Positions 26,066-39,328 are shown, numbered from the whole stretch's first letter. The stretch is DNA of 63,583 nt, filler included, from Octopus bimaculoides (GCF_001194135.2; 4 parts of 4 records of this genome joined end to end with filler, not necessarily neighbours in it); one strand, 5' to 3'. The notes: generated from the sequence alone by a model not told the origin. Translations and numbers: made by a program.

Positions 26066-26744
26066 TAGAAAACACAAATAATTAGTTAATTGCTATTGTA
26101 TTCATCAACTATCTGGAACATAGGTGTTGAACGTGATTACAAGTAAAACTTGAACTCTGAATGCACACAGAAAATTTAGAAAAAGATTTTATGTCAAACA
26201 CTATCTATACTTCAACTAGACATCCAAACCGCAGAAATATTTGAGATTTATTAATTCAACAACACCTCCATCACAAAATATGTAACATACTGCCTACGTG
26301 AGAAATTACTATTTTCACAAACATCGGGAACATTGGAATTCGGTGTTATAATTATTAGTCATAGCTTAAAGTGAAATGGCTTCCAAATCTAATCGAAACC
26401 GTCTCGCTAATTAGGACTATTGAGTATTTAATTTTCCGGTATTCAGCTCTGTTATGTATGTGACTGATTGAATTTGTGTTTAGTGCTACATATGATAAAC
26501 ACACTACTGCTTGTAAATTGAGCATATTGAGTGAACTTGTCAGCACTGAACTTGATTCATTATGAACATACGTTAATAAATAGAATTATTATTAACTGAA
26601 TCACAAGGTCATTTCTAGAAGAAGAGTATATGCTATTAAATCTACACAGTTACTAACTGATGCTTTACTTATTGCATACGGATATTTCTAAGAAAAGCTG
26701 GGAGTGGTCAAGGGATTTGAAATCAGAACGGAAAGTAAAAATGA

Positions 26745-26747
26745 CGA

Positions 26748-26805
<58 letters not shown>

Positions 26806-26850
26806 CGATGATGATGATGATAATGATGCCGACGACGACGATGGTGGTGG
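26745..26850. repeat. (GAT)n microsatellite
   Basis: Direct reading. Source of the poly-D pseudo-ORF. Confidence 0.95.
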
Positions 26851-28554
26851 TGGTTTTGATAGTGGTAGTAGTAAAATAATGAAATAATGCTTTAATAATT
26901 ACTAAAGCTCACTCAAGGAACGTGGACATTGCAAGGAAAGGGTTAAAATAAAATATAAACAACTATCCCCCAAAAGAAGACATTGGAAGGCTAGTTTTAG
27001 GAACCCTTTAAAATCAAGGTTTCCTTGACTATTGAAGTTAACGCCTTCTGTTAATCGCCCTTTCCATTTTTAAAAGCACGTGATCAGTGAATGCACGCTC
27101 ACTTGGTCCGCGCTTGCTATTCTCATCCACGTTTTTCCATTTTCTCTACCACATTACTTATTTCGCCATGGCCACCAGACCAACAAAAACTACCTAGCAA
27201 CCTCGGTCAAAGAGATTGGTGTGATGATCTTCCCGATGGCCAGTTACTGACTCCTAGCATCTCTGTTACATTGAAAATGATGTCCAATCTCTCACTTTTC
27301 ACTTGACACATGTTCTCGATCCCCATCTGAAACTAATTTTCTTTTCGGAAACATTTCGTATCTCATGGGCTGCTAGGATACATCAATACCATATATCATA
27401 CTAACCAGCCGAAATGTAGCTCTGGTAGTATGTTGGCAATATTAAACTAATTATTAATCAGCCGGTATGAAGTGGATTCTGAACAGATTTCTCGCTTCAA
27501 TATCGAAAGGTTGAGTACTTCTGGTCCAGGATTCTTGAGTAAAAATTTATTTCTATACTATAGTAATTGTGGTTCCATTTCCGCTACCAGTGATGTGTTT
27601 ATTGTGGCAACGCGATTCATTGCCACCGGTTATTCCGTGGCAAACAGTAGCAATTTCCCTGCTGCTACCTGCAAGCTTGTTTCACATATCCTCACTGCTA
27701 ATGTTAATCCTGCTTTTGTTTTTGCAAACACGTTTGTTGTTATTGTTGCTGTTATTATTGTTGATTCTCATGTTACTGTTGCTTGCGTTGTCATTTTCAT
27801 TGTTTTATTTCAATCTTGTTGTTACTATCATGCTCCTGCTATTAACGTTTCTCATTAATATGGCTGGAAGTACTGTGTGATGTGTAACCTTGACTACAAA
27901 CAACAATATAACATTAAAAAGATTCCCTCCATCTTCTTCTCTTACAGTGAAACGATTGAGTTGAAGCCATTTCTAGATTTATGGTTTGACCAAAAAAATA
28001 TACTCATTCTTTGACATTTTCTCCCGTGGGTGTGTATTGACCAGGCCGTTACGGTTCTCGCGGACCTAACAGTAAGATAAAACGATGCAGCACTTGGGAC
28101 TTCATTTAGAGAATTAACATTGCTTGTTTTCACCTTTTCGATATCAGTGAAGAATTTCACTTGAAAAGAAGATATAAGATTGCCAGGTTTTTGTCTCTCT
28201 CACCAAGGTCAGCGGCTATCGGACGCCGACGAAGGGAAATAACCCTGAAATCCGGATCCGTTCGTGCTGCAGATGTTGGTGAGAGGGATAACTACCCTTG
28301 GCAAACAGGACACAGTCGTGTGTCGATAAGCCAGCTGGAGGAGATGTCCTCCTGGGGCTAAAAGCAACAGTAACATCCACCCCTAGGGGTCAGCCACACT
28401 TAAGTGGCAATATACTACACTTTATCGTGCAGTTACTGTTAATACTTCATTTAGNNNNNNNNNNNNNNNNNNNNNNNNNNNNNNNNNNNNNNNNNNNNTT
28501 AATTAATTAANNNNNNNNNNNNNNNNNNNNNNNNNNNNNNNNNNNNNNNNNNNN

Positions 28555-28589
<35 letters not shown>

Positions 28590-28989
28590 GACAGAGAGGG
28601 AGGGAACAAGAGACAGAGAGGGAGGGAACGAGAGACAGAGAAAGATAGAAAGAGAGAGCAAGCGAGAGAGAGCTACAAAAGTAGATGGGCAACAGGTGAT
28701 TAATGGATAAATGGGAAAATATACAGAGGCGAATAGATACTTTACTAGATAGCTAGCTAGTCACTCAAGCTTTACTTTCAGCATTCCAAGATGTGGTGGT
28801 AATAGAGATAGCAGTAATATACTACTCTGGGTTTAGTCATCTTTACTTCCTCTCATACAGATCTTTGCCAAATGCCCCAGCAAATAATCAATACATACAT
28901 ACATACATACATACATATACACACACATACATACATATATATACATATACACATATCTACATATATAAACATATACATAAAACCATTTG

Positions 28990-29032
<43 letters not shown>

Positions 29033-29179
29033 GTATATACATGTATGTGTGGGCGTGTGTGTTTGTATATATCTATCTATACGCGCGTGTGTGTGTGTGT
29101 GTGCGCATGCATAAATATATATGTCTGTCTGTCTCTCTGTCTGTCTGTCTATGTATGTATGTATGTATGTATGTATGTA

Positions 29180-29257
<78 letters not shown>

Positions 29258-29260
<3 letters not shown>

Positions 29261-29415
29261 GTTGGCGTTAGGAAGGGCATTCAGCTGTAGAAACTCTACC
29301 AAATTCAGATTGGAGCCTGGTGTTGCCATCCGGTTTCACCAGTCCTCAGTCAAGTCGTCCAACCCATGCTAGCATGGAAAGCGGACGTTAAATGATGATG
29401 ATGATGATGATGATG
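29258..29415 (+). mobile_element. Isolated RTE-type 3' tail (5'-truncated LINE or SINE tail) with (GAT)n
   Basis: GGTTGGCGTTAGGAAGGGCAT..CAACCCATGCTAGCATGGAAAGCGGACGTTAAATGATGATG, homologous to 7455-7603, 35390-35550 and the reverse complement of 33150-33350. Confidence 0.8.
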
Positions 29416-29442
29416 ATATACTTTATTTAAAAGTATACTCCG

Positions 29443-29477
<35 letters not shown>

Positions 29478-30386
29478 GAGATTTTGGGTACTGCTCCACC
29501 TTTTTGAATGACATAAAAATAAAGTANNNNNNNNNNNNNNNNNNNNNNNNNNNNNNNNNNNNNNNNNNNNNNNNNNNNNNNNNNNNNNNNNNNNNNNNNN
29601 NNNNNNNNNNNNNNNNNNNNNNNNNNNNNNNNNNNNNNNNNNNNNNNNNNNNNNNNNNNNNNNNNNNNNNNNNNNNNNNNNNNNNNNNNNNNNNNNNNNN
29701 NNNNNNNNNNNNNNNNNNNNNNNNNNNNNNNNGTGGTGGTGGTGGTGGTGTTATTGTTGGTAATGATGATGATTGCGGCATTGGTTATTGATAGTCATTG
29801 CGGTGAAGCTGATGCTGATGGTGAAGCTGATGGTATTTGACTATAACAAAGATGTTGATACTGGTGATGGTGGAAATGATAAGCATCTAGCAAAGAATCT
29901 TACCGATATTCATGATTTCACATAAGTAGTCAGAATTTGAGTTATACAGTTACATAGCTATTTCATTACGTCACACCAAATATTTCGATGCCTAAGTGTA
30001 CTTTCATGATTGCTACCTAATTAGTAAGTAGTTGTTTGATTTAGTAACTTAGTGTACCATACTTAGAATTATAGGCTTCGCTTTACACTGCAACCATACA
30101 ACAAATGTATAGTTTGCTGTTTCGTCCAAAACAACAGACCTGTATATATCCAGAAGTAGACATATATATATACAGCTAATAGTGAGGGATTATCAATCCG
30201 GGCAGAAATACTTCATAAGCACTGTGTTGGTACACCTGGATAACAATATTGTTTAGATTAGTGAAGAACTCCAAGTATCCTTATGGCAGGGTCCAAGTTT
30301 ATGGTTCATCACAATTCTATATTGTAAATCCATGGTTGGGCTCCAGACAAATTGGTTTTTACAAAGAATCTTATATATATATACTG

Positions 30387-30425
<39 letters not shown>

Positions 30426-30429
30426 CTAC

Positions 30430-30735
30430 AGGTGTAGGTATGTGGTAAGAAGCTTTTTTCCCAACCACATAGTTCTAGGTTCAGTCCCATTGCACGGTAT
30501 CTTGGGCAAGTGTCTCCTACTATAACCTGAGGCCAACCAAAGCCTTGTGAGTGGATTTGGTAAATGGAAACTGAAAGTAGCTCATTATACACATATATGT
30601 ATATATCTATGTGCATGTATCTTTGTGTCTGTGTTTCTCCCCCACCACCACTGGACAACCGGTGTTGGTGTGTTTACATCCCTATAACTTAGCAGTTTGG
30701 CAAAAGAAACTGATAGAATAAGTACTAGGGTTGAT
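30430..30735 (+). mobile_element. SINE family A (tRNA head, microsatellite linker, partial tail)
   Basis: GTGGTAAGAAGC..CCCAACCAC..GTTCAGTCCCA..TTGGGCAAGTGTC..GTGAGTGGATTTGGTA, then a TA/TG linker and the GTAACTTAGC..GATAGAATAAGTACT tail. Confidence 0.8.
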
Positions 30736-30775
30736 TTGTCAAATAACTGAAACAAATAAAAGATAAAATATGTCT

Positions 30776-30811
<36 letters not shown>

Positions 30812-30821
30812 NNNNNNNNNN

Positions 30822-30862
<41 letters not shown>

Positions 30863-30879
30863 CTGGCACACAGTTGGTT

Positions 30880-31118
30880 ATGGTAGCAAGGGTTCCAGTT
30901 GGTCTGATCAATGAAACAGCCTGCTAATGAAATTAATTAAAACACTCCACAGACATGCGTACCCTTTGGAATATAAGTACAACTAATTTTTGCCAGTCGA
31001 GTTGACTGGAGCAATGTGAAATAAAGTGTCTTGCAGAAGAGACACAACATGCCCCTGGGAATCGAACTCATGACCTTACAATTATGAGCCGAATACCCTA
31101 ACCACTAAGCCATGCACT
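30880..31118 (-). mobile_element. CORE-like SINE with tail T1 (internally deleted)
   Basis: Minus strand: TGGCTTAGTGGTTAGGGTATTCGG..GAGTTCGATTCCC..AAGACACTTTATTTCACATTGCTCCAG..GTCTGTGGAGTG. Confidence 0.75.
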
Positions 31119-31146
31119 TAATTGTTAATTATATAGATGAAAAAGA

Positions 31147-31344
31147 CATTCGAGCGAGATCGTTGCTAGTGCCGCTGGACTGGCTCCTGTGCAGGTGGCA
31201 CGTAAAACACACCATTTCGAGCGTGGCTGTCACCAGTTCTGCCTGACTGGCCCTCGTGCCGGTGGCACGTAAAACACACCATTTCGAGCGTGGCTGTCAC
31301 CAGTTCTGCCTGACTGGCCCTCGTGCCGGTGGCACGTAAAACAT
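31147..31344. repeat. 67-bp GC-rich minisatellite (two identical units plus partial or degenerate units), running into an N gap
   Basis: GGTGGCACGTAAAA starts at 31194, 31261 and 31328; units 31194-31260 and 31261-31327 are identical. Confidence 0.9.
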
Positions 31345-32230
31345 NNNNNNNNNNNNNNNNNNNNNNNNNNNNNNNNNNNNNNNNNNNNNNNNNNNNNNNN
31401 NNNNNNNNNNNNNNNNNNNNNNNNNNNNNNNNNNNNNNNNNNNNNNNNNNNNNNNNNNNNNNNNNNNNNNNNNNNNNNNNNNNNNNNNNNNNNNNNNNNN
31501 NNNNNNNNNNNNNNNNNNNNNNNNNNNNNNNNNNNNNNNNNNNNNNNNNNNNNNNNNNNNNNNNNNNNNNNNNNNNNNNNNNNNNNNNNNNNNNNNNNNN
31601 NNNNNNNNNNNNNNNNNNNNNNNNNNNNNNNNNNNNNNNNNNNNNNNNNNNNNNNNNNNNNNNNNNNNNNNNNNNNNNNNNNNNNNNNNNNNNNNNNNNN
31701 NNNNNNNNNNNNNNNNNNNNNNNNNNNNNNNNNNNNNNNNNNNNNNNNNNNNNNNNNNNNNNNNNNNNNNNNNNNNNNNNNNNNNNNNNNNNNNNNNNNN
31801 NNNNNNNNNNNNNNNNNNNNNNNNNNNNNNNNNNNNNNNNNNNNNNNNNNNNNNNNNNNNNNNNNNNNNNNNNNNNNNNNNNNNNNNNNNNNNNNNNNNN
31901 NNNNNNNNNNNNNNNNNNNNNNNNNNNNNNNNNNNNNNNNNNNNNNNNNNNNNNNNNNNNNNNNNNNNNNNNNNNNNNNNNNNNNNNNNNNNNNNNNNNN
32001 NNNNNNNNNNNNNNNNNNNNNNNNNNNNNNNNNNNNNNNNNNNNNNNNNNNNNNNNNNNNNNNNNNNNNNNNNNNNNNNNNNNNNNNNNNNNNNNNNNNN
32101 NNNNNNNNNNNNNNNNNNNNNNNNNNNNNNNNNNNNNNNNNNNNNNNNNNNNNNNNNNNNNNNNNNNNNNNNNNNNNNNNNNNNNNNNNNNNNNNNNNNN
32201 NNNNNNNNNNNNNNNNNNNNNNNNNNNNNT

Positions 32231-32440
32231 ATGCTTGTGTGTCTGTATTAGTCCCCCCAACATCGCTTGACAACCGATGCTAGTGTGTTTACGTCCCCGT
32301 AACTTAGCGGTTCCGCAAAAGAGACCGATAGAATAAGTACTAGGCTTACAAAGAATAAGTCCAAGAGTCAATTTGCTCGACTAAAGGCAGTGCTCCAGCA
32401 TGGCCGCAGTCAAATGGCTGAAACAAATAAAAGAGTAAAT
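32231..32440 (+). mobile_element. SINE family A tail module
   Basis: CCCCCAACATCGCTTGACAACCGATGC..GTAACTTAGCGG..GATAGAATAAGTACTAGG..GCTCCAGCATGGCCGCAGTC..AAAGAGTAAA. Confidence 0.85.
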
Positions 32441-32477
32441 ATATGGAGGTCCAGATTTAATCAGAACTACAAGCAGC

Positions 32478-32670
32478 TTAGCTAGATGCCAGTCCACACT
32501 GGTGGCATGGTCTTTCATCTCCAGATGTGGAGTTGCAAATAAACTGACTTCTCGAAATTGATTTTTGCTTCGACCACTGCCTTGTACTTTTTAGAATGGT
32601 ACTGACTTCTTCAATCTCTGTGATGTCTGGCACTGCGATAATGATATCCACATGGGCTGCCACAGCTGTC
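32478..32670 (-). mobile_element. Tx1/L1-clade LINE RT fragment (decayed)
   Basis: AAHVDIIIAV (decayed AYADD region), then after a frameshift KYKAVVEAKINFEKSVYLQLHIWR*K, resembling Tx1-type YExxxGAKINxxKSxGLxLGxWR. Confidence 0.55.
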
Positions 32671-33149
32671 ATGTTTGTTCAAATAGATTACTCTTTGACA
32701 ACACTAGTTTCTGCTTGAGAATTAGCATATATATAAAAAAAAAAGTGATGAGATGAGAGAGAGAGATCATCTTTGATAGATCAAATTTGTAATTCAAAAA
32801 TGGTTTTGATTGGTGATCAGTTAGTCCAATCACCAAATAGATTCCACTGTACATTGATGAGTCCAACCTTAAAAAGTGAAAAGACGGGACTGAAACTATT
32901 TGTACTAAAGATAATTGTCAAGTAATGATAGCTGATGCTGTCCAAAGGTTTTTATTTATCCAAATTGATCAGAGTACCATTTAAGCCAGGTTTGTTACCC
33001 ACCCTCATTCTACTGTGTCATAGGAAGTGGTAGTTGTTAGGTTGTAATAGATTGATTTGCTCTGAAATGTACAGATCTATGCATTCCAAACTGCACTACT
33101 GATGACAAGTACCAACTTCATTATCATCATCAAAGTCACCGTTGTTGTC

Positions 33150-33420
33150 ATTGTCATCATCATCATCATCATCATCATCGTCATCATCATCATCATCAGT
33201 AGCAGCAGCATGATTTTCAACATTCAATGTTCGTTTCCCATGCTGGTATAGTATGGATGGTTTGACAGAAACTGCCAAGGCCAGCAGGTTGCACAAGGTT
33301 CCACAGTCTGTTTTGGTTTGGTTTCTATAACTGGATGCTCTTTCTAATGCTAACCACTTTACAGAGTGTACTGCCTGCTTTTTACATGGAACTCACCACC
33401 GGTACTTTTTATGTGGCAAA
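33150..33420 (-). mobile_element. RTE-type 3' tail, minus strand, with (GAT)n
   Basis: Reverse complement of the tail seen at 7400-7603. Confidence 0.7.
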
Positions 33421-33758
33421 GTCTTTAACTCAGCATTCACTAAGGTTATAAAGTTTGAAGTTATTAATAATGTCTATCTCTTTGTCAGTTGTNNNNNNNN
33501 NNNNNNNNNNNNNNNNNNNNNNNNNNNNNNNNNNNNNNNNNNNNNNNNNNNNNNNNNNNNNNNNNNNNNNNNNNNNNNNNNNNNNNNNNNNNNNNNNNNN
33601 NNNNNNNNNNNNNNNNNNNNNNNNNNNNNNNNNNNNNNNNNNNNNNNNNNNNNNNNNNNNNNNNNNNNNNNNNNNNNNNNNNNNNNNNNNNNNNNNNNNN
33701 NNNNNNNNNNNNNNNNNNNNNNNNNNNNNNNNNNNNNNNNNNNNNNNNNNNNNNNNNA

Positions 33759-34132
33759 CCACATGGTCCCGGGTTCAGTCCCACTGCGTGGCATCTTGGG
33801 CAAGCGTCTTCTACTATAGCCTCGGGCCGACCAAAGCCTTGTGAGTGGATTTGGTAGACGGAAACTGAAAGAAGCCCGTCGTATATATGTATATGTATAT
33901 ATATATGTGTGTGTGTTTGTGTGTCTGTGTTTGTTCCCCCAACATCGCTTGACAACCGATGCTGGTGTGTTTATGTCCCCGTAACTTAGCGGTTCGGCAA
34001 AAAGAGACCGATAGAATAAGTACTAGGCTTCCAAAGAATAAGTCCTGGGGTCGATTTGATCGACTAAAGGCGGTGCTCCAGCATGGCCACAGTCAAAAGA
34101 CTGAAACAAGTAAAAGAGTAAAAGAGTAAAAG
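33759..34132 (+). mobile_element. SINE family A, near-consensus young copy (5' end lost in gap)
   Basis: CCACATGGTCCCGGGTTCAGTCCCACTGCGTGGCA.CTTGGGCAAG...GAAAGAAGCCCGTCG, linker, then tail ending (TAAAAGAG)n. Confidence 0.9.
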
Positions 34133-35059
34133 ACTTATTCCTTTAATTGGTAGCGTGTATCTGTTTCGGCTCATCAAAGTCTGAATTACAGCTTGTTGTC
34201 ATCTTCGACCACTTGGCATGAAACAACTTTTGCTTTTCTCATGCCTAAGACCAAATGCCACAGGCACAAGTCTTTTCTGTTGACCAAACATTTCTCAAAA
34301 GTAAAAGAACGAAGCTATTGTCTCTAGTTATAATATATGATGCTGCCGGCAGGAAATGGAACACTAACCTGTCATTTAGTTGTCCAGTATGCTATTAATC
34401 CAATGTTTGGAACCTCACTGGAAGGAAATGGAAACATCATCATCATCATTTAATGCCTATTTTTCCTGGTAGTGGTTTGTGGATGTGTTCATTTCTCTGG
34501 GGTTTTTTTTGGGTTTTTTTACCAGGCTGTTTCTTTATCTATCAATTTGTCTGACTATCCATCTGTCTGTATATCCACCTATCAATTTATTATTATACCT
34601 ATATGACTGTGTGTTTGCCTATTTGTATATGCGGCTATTCATATGTATACATACGCTCTGCTTATCTGATTCTAGCCACTAACTTGTCTCTCTAGCTGTC
34701 TATCAGTGATAAAACCAAATTTAACTAAGAAAAAATTCAATACAATGAGATACAATAAAAGCTGGATTATCGTTCTGTTACATTACAACTAAATGTTCTA
34801 TTGTTTCTGGGTCTCAATTCAGTGAGCAAAATTGATATCTTCATACTAAAATCAAATAGTCTATTGTGTTTACCATTTGAATTAACTTGTGTTATTATCA
34901 GTTAGTGATGCTAAATTATAGATGTATTTTTCATAGGCAAATATAATTTTCTGTTTATTTAAATTCAAATGTTTGTCCTTTCATTTGTGTTATAAAATAT
35001 GTATATGGTGGTATATATACCAAAATCAATCGACCATTGTCTCTATAAAGCTCTCTATA

Positions 35060-35375
35060 AAGCGCATTCTTCTTTTACTTGTTTCAATCATTAGACTACA
35101 GCCATGCTGGGACACTGGCCTGAAGGATTTTAGTTGAACAAATCAACCTCAGTACTTATTTTTTTTTCCAAAGCCTGGTTCTTATTCTATCAGTCTTTTT
35201 GTTGAACTGTTAAGTTACATGGATATTAACAAACCAACACTGGTTGTCAAGCAGTGGTGGGGAACAAACACAAACATGCACATACACATGCATATGCAAA
35301 CACACACACACACACACACATGAGAGGCTTCTTTCGGTTTCCATCTACCAAATCCATTCACAAAGTTTTGCACAA
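35060..35375 (-). mobile_element. SINE family A (degenerate, minus strand)
   Basis: Reverse complement of the family A tail plus part of the head. Confidence 0.75.
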
Positions 35376-35379
35376 AGTA

Positions 35380-35625
35380 CACTCTGTAAAGTGGTTGGTG
35401 TTAGGAAGGGCATCCAGCTGTAGAAACCAAGCCAAAACAGACTATGGAACTTGCTGTGGCCCCCTAACCTTGCCAACTTTTGTCAAGCCATCCAACCCAT
35501 GTCAGCATGGAAAACGGACGTTAAATGTTGATGATGATGATGATGATGATGGTGAACACTGGGGTCATTGTAATCAATTTAACCCCTACCCCAAAATTGC
35601 TGGCCTTGTGCCAAAATTTGAAACC
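35380..35625 (+). mobile_element. RTE-type 3' tail with (GAT)n, followed by a family B 3' fragment
   Basis: GGTTGGTGTTAGGAAGGGCATCCAGCTGTAGAAAC..CATGGAAAACGGACGTTAAATG, then GGCCTTGTGCCAAAATTTGAAACC. Confidence 0.75.
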
Positions 35626-36060
35626 AATATGATGAAGTGGGTTGGTGGTGGAGTACATGATGATCTAGAAATAGGGAAACTTTTAGTTGTAATTTATATC
35701 TATCTGTCTCTCATTTCCCCTGTCTATTGACCTTATCTATCTATCTGTCTACATGAATGTGTGTGTTTGTCTATCTATCTATCTATCTGTCTATCTATCT
35801 ATGTCCCTGTATCTATTTATCTATATAAATCTGTATTTTTATATCTATCTACCAGTCTATTTATATTTTCTCTAGCTATTTGTCTATTTATGTATCTATC
35901 TACCTATGTCTACCTATATATCTATTTACCAATCTCTCTCTCTCTCTTTGTATCTGTCTGTCTTCTTGTCTGTCTGTCTTCTTGTCTGTCTGTCCATTCC
36001 TATATCTATCTATCTGTCTGCTTGTCTGTCTTTCTGTCTGTCTGTCTGTCTGTCTGTCTT

Positions 36061-36109
<49 letters not shown>

Positions 36110-36771
36110 ATTCATATATATATATATATATATACTTTATTTAAAAGCAGCAGAAATATAACAAAAAAACCGTTACTCTGAGTTTCACGTTCCCGTTCAT
36201 AAAAATATATATACACATTAATAGACAGGTGTAGATAAATGAACATACATGTGTACAAACATACATAAACATACATATCTACCTATCTATCTATCTATCT
36301 ATCTATTTGTCTGTCTACCTTTCTACCTTTCTACCTTTCTAGCTATCATCTGTCAATCTGTCTGTTTACCAGCCTACCTACCTACCTACTTCCCTACCTC
36401 CCCACTCATCCCTACCTACCTACCTACACACCCATTTAATACCATTACATCACCGCACCCACCCTACCCACCCAATCGCCCACCAACCAACCAACCAACC
36501 AACCAACATACCTGTAATACCTGACACATTATTACTTGTCTGACTCTACCTCACTAACTTAATTAACGAGTTATTTTTATATCTCTATCTATTCTTATTT
36601 CGTATCTATCTCACCTTCATAGATNNNNNNNNNNNNNNNNNNNNNNNNNNNNNNNNNNNNNNNNNNNNTTAATTAATTAANNNNNNNNNNNNNNNNNNNN
36701 NNNNNNNNNNNNNNNNNNNNNNNNTGTATGTATGTATATATCTGTTACGATACATACACATATACTCTCAT

Positions 36772-36841
<70 letters not shown>

Positions 36842-36857
36842 GCACACACACATACAT

Positions 36858-36908
<51 letters not shown>

Positions 36909-37087
36909 AACATCTAATATATAGACGTGTATACATTTGCGTACATATATTTATGTATACACTCATATATTTGTATGTAATATTGATATACATTTTAGCT
37001 AGCATTTACACGCATCTATCTGTCTGTTTGTCTCTCTCCCCCCTCTCTCTCTTTGTATATATGTATGTGTGTGTGTGTGTGTGTGTA

Positions 37088-37352
37088 GACACATAGCCTA
37101 GTGGTTAGAGCAGCGGACTCGTGGTTGAGGGATCTCAGACCGGGCAATGTGTGTGTTTTTGAGCGAAACACCTAAGCTTCGGTAATGGCGAACTTCTGCT
37201 GACTCTTTCGCCACAACTTTCTCTCACTCTTTCATCTAACAGCTCACCTGCAACCGACCGGCGTCCCGTCCAGGTGGGAACCTATACGCCAATGAAACCA
37301 GGAAACCGGCCCTTATGAGCCAGGCTTGGTTCGAGAGGGGTCCAACAACAAT
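37088..37352 (+). mobile_element. SINE with body X and tail T2
   Basis: A box AGCCTAGTGGTTAGAG; body GAGCGAAACACCTAAG..CCACAACTTTCTCTCACTCTT shared with 3340-3440; different tail GGCGTCCCGTCCAGG..AAACCGGCCCTTATGAGCC. Confidence 0.7.
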
Positions 37353-37934
37353 ATATATGTTCTATGTAATATATATATATATATGTGTGTGTGTGTGTAT
37401 GTACTATCTAATAACAGTTTGAAACAACTCCATGTAACTTAAAGCTTTGTAGAGGCTCGTAGAACGAACGTGTCTCGTAAGGCATCGAGAAAAGGGTAAA
37501 TGGAAATCAAATCAAATTCAAAATGGCTTCTAGATTCTAGGCCTCTATACGTCAGTTCTGATCACGTGATGTTATTAGTGTGAAATCGACATCAATTCTT
37601 CTTCATACTCTTCGGTTTGTTGGTGTGTTGCTGTCGCCAACATGTCTGTAAACAATGTATGGTGTGTGTATTCAGTGGCATAATAATTCATTAAATTGAT
37701 TCTACATGTGAGTGGGTGAGGTGTTGTCGCGGCAAAAGTGTCCAATGGATGATCCATGGAGAGATAACATGTGAGTGGCAACAGCTTTTCTGCGGGAGTG
37801 GTTAACCAGATTTAGTGGTTCTGGATGAAAGTTTGGTGGTGCTAGGTTAGAAAATTTTATAGAGCTAGATTAAAAAAAAAGAATTGAGGCTGAATGGTCA
37901 GCATAGATGGAGCAGTAGTCTGTAAGGGCAGGTG

Positions 37935-38095
37935 TTTCGAACTTTGGCACAAGGCCAGCAATTTTGGAGGAGGGAACTAGTCGATTACATCGACTCCAAC
38001 CCCGGTGGGATTCGAACTGAGAACGTAAAGACGAAAGAAATGCCATTAAACATTTTGCCAGGTGTGCTAACAATTCTGCCATATCGCTGCCTTCA
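37935..38095 (-). mobile_element. SINE family B (internally deleted)
   Basis: TTTGGCACAAGGCCAGCAATTTT..GTCGATTACATCGAC..GAACTGAGAACGTAA. Confidence 0.7.
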
Positions 38096-38859
38096 CACAC
38101 GCACACACACAAAGAGACACACACACACACGCACACGCATAGTTTTACTGCCTCGCACACATAAACACAAACATATTAATATTTGTTTTTATCGCAAGTA
38201 ATTCATAAATACAAATTTAAATTAAACTGAAGATTACTCAGTAAATCAAAGAGAGAGACATCAAATTCAGGAAATGAGAAGCGGATGCCAAGAAAATCCA
38301 TAAGGCAGTCCAGCTGAGCCAACAGGGCCAAAGAAAATCTCAGCGTGACATATAACTAATAATCACTCTTAAATTTTGATTAAATTCTCTGTCGAAAGAG
38401 AAATTCTGCCAAATAATAGTGAGCCGCATCCTATTGCTGTATGCATTCCGTCGATAACCACGACAATGGCCCTTGTCTCTCTTTCTTATGATCAATATCA
38501 GCCTCATATGTTTCTATGATTCCTGGTCTCAAATGTAGAACTTGGTGAGCGTGGGTAAATTAGATAAACCTGTATATCCATTCTGCAAAGGCAAACCGCA
38601 CCACATGTCCTGAGGTCATGTGAAGTGGCACTTCCCTAAGGAAAGTGTACATGGAGGTACAATCAAGTGCTTAAAGAGACCTCACATATGATTTGTACTA
38701 TGAAAGGGAATCCTATGTCACCAGAAGTTCCGCCAATGTTCCACACAGTTGTGGGCAAAGGGAAAAGCTTGTGGCTTGGAACAGCTGTGTCAATTGGATC
38801 ATGGAATCAGAACTTCTGTTGTTCAGCGCTCTCTAGAGTTTCTTACTACCTGATATGGA

Positions 38860-39322
38860 TTTGCTGAGTTTCACAAGTCTCATGAAAGTGAGCAAGGTGA
38901 AACTTCAAGGACTCTATCAAAATTGTTCTTGTTAAAATTTACGACTGATAGCCCAAGCAGCTGTTGTACGGCTCACGCAAAAACGTAGGGTCTAAACCGA
39001 GGGTCAAGGAAGCCCTAAAAAGCAGTGTCGGAGGAAGCGGCATTAGTCTATAGGAACTTGAAGCCTCCGCCGCAGATAGGCCAGTGTGAAGGCCTTTCAC
39101 ATCAAGAGCAGCAGCTGCCTTCGAAGATAATTGGCAACGGCACCTCGCTACTGCAAGAGACAGACGTCACGGGGCAGCGTCCGCCTTAGTCCAGTCAACA
39201 GACAATTGTTCTGACACCTCTGAGTGCCTGTGTACTCCAGCTTTGGACTGTGGAGTCACATGCACTCTCGTAGCTGAGAACACAAACTTTTTCATCGTAG
39301 GACACCGATGGAATACCAACAA
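38860..39322 (+). mobile_element. RTE-BovB-like LINE 3' end (degenerate)
   Basis: PKQLLYGS..RVKEALK, AADRP, AAAFEDNWQRHLATARDRRHGAAS and GLWSHMHSRS* match the RTE-BovB C-terminal motif series. Confidence 0.8.
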
Positions 39323-39328
39323 TATATA

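Noticed and set aside
27472-27880. 128-aa and 103-aa plus-strand ORFs
   Set aside because: Largely decayed (GTT/GCT/ATT)n sequence with no recognisable domain.
29320-29355. CTGAGGACTGGTGAAACCGG on the minus strand
   Set aside because: Part of the RTE tail; no stem II and the triplet would end in G.
31147-31344. CRISPR-like appearance of regular repeats
   Set aside because: Units are identical end to end with no unique spacers, there are no cas genes, and the context is eukaryotic.
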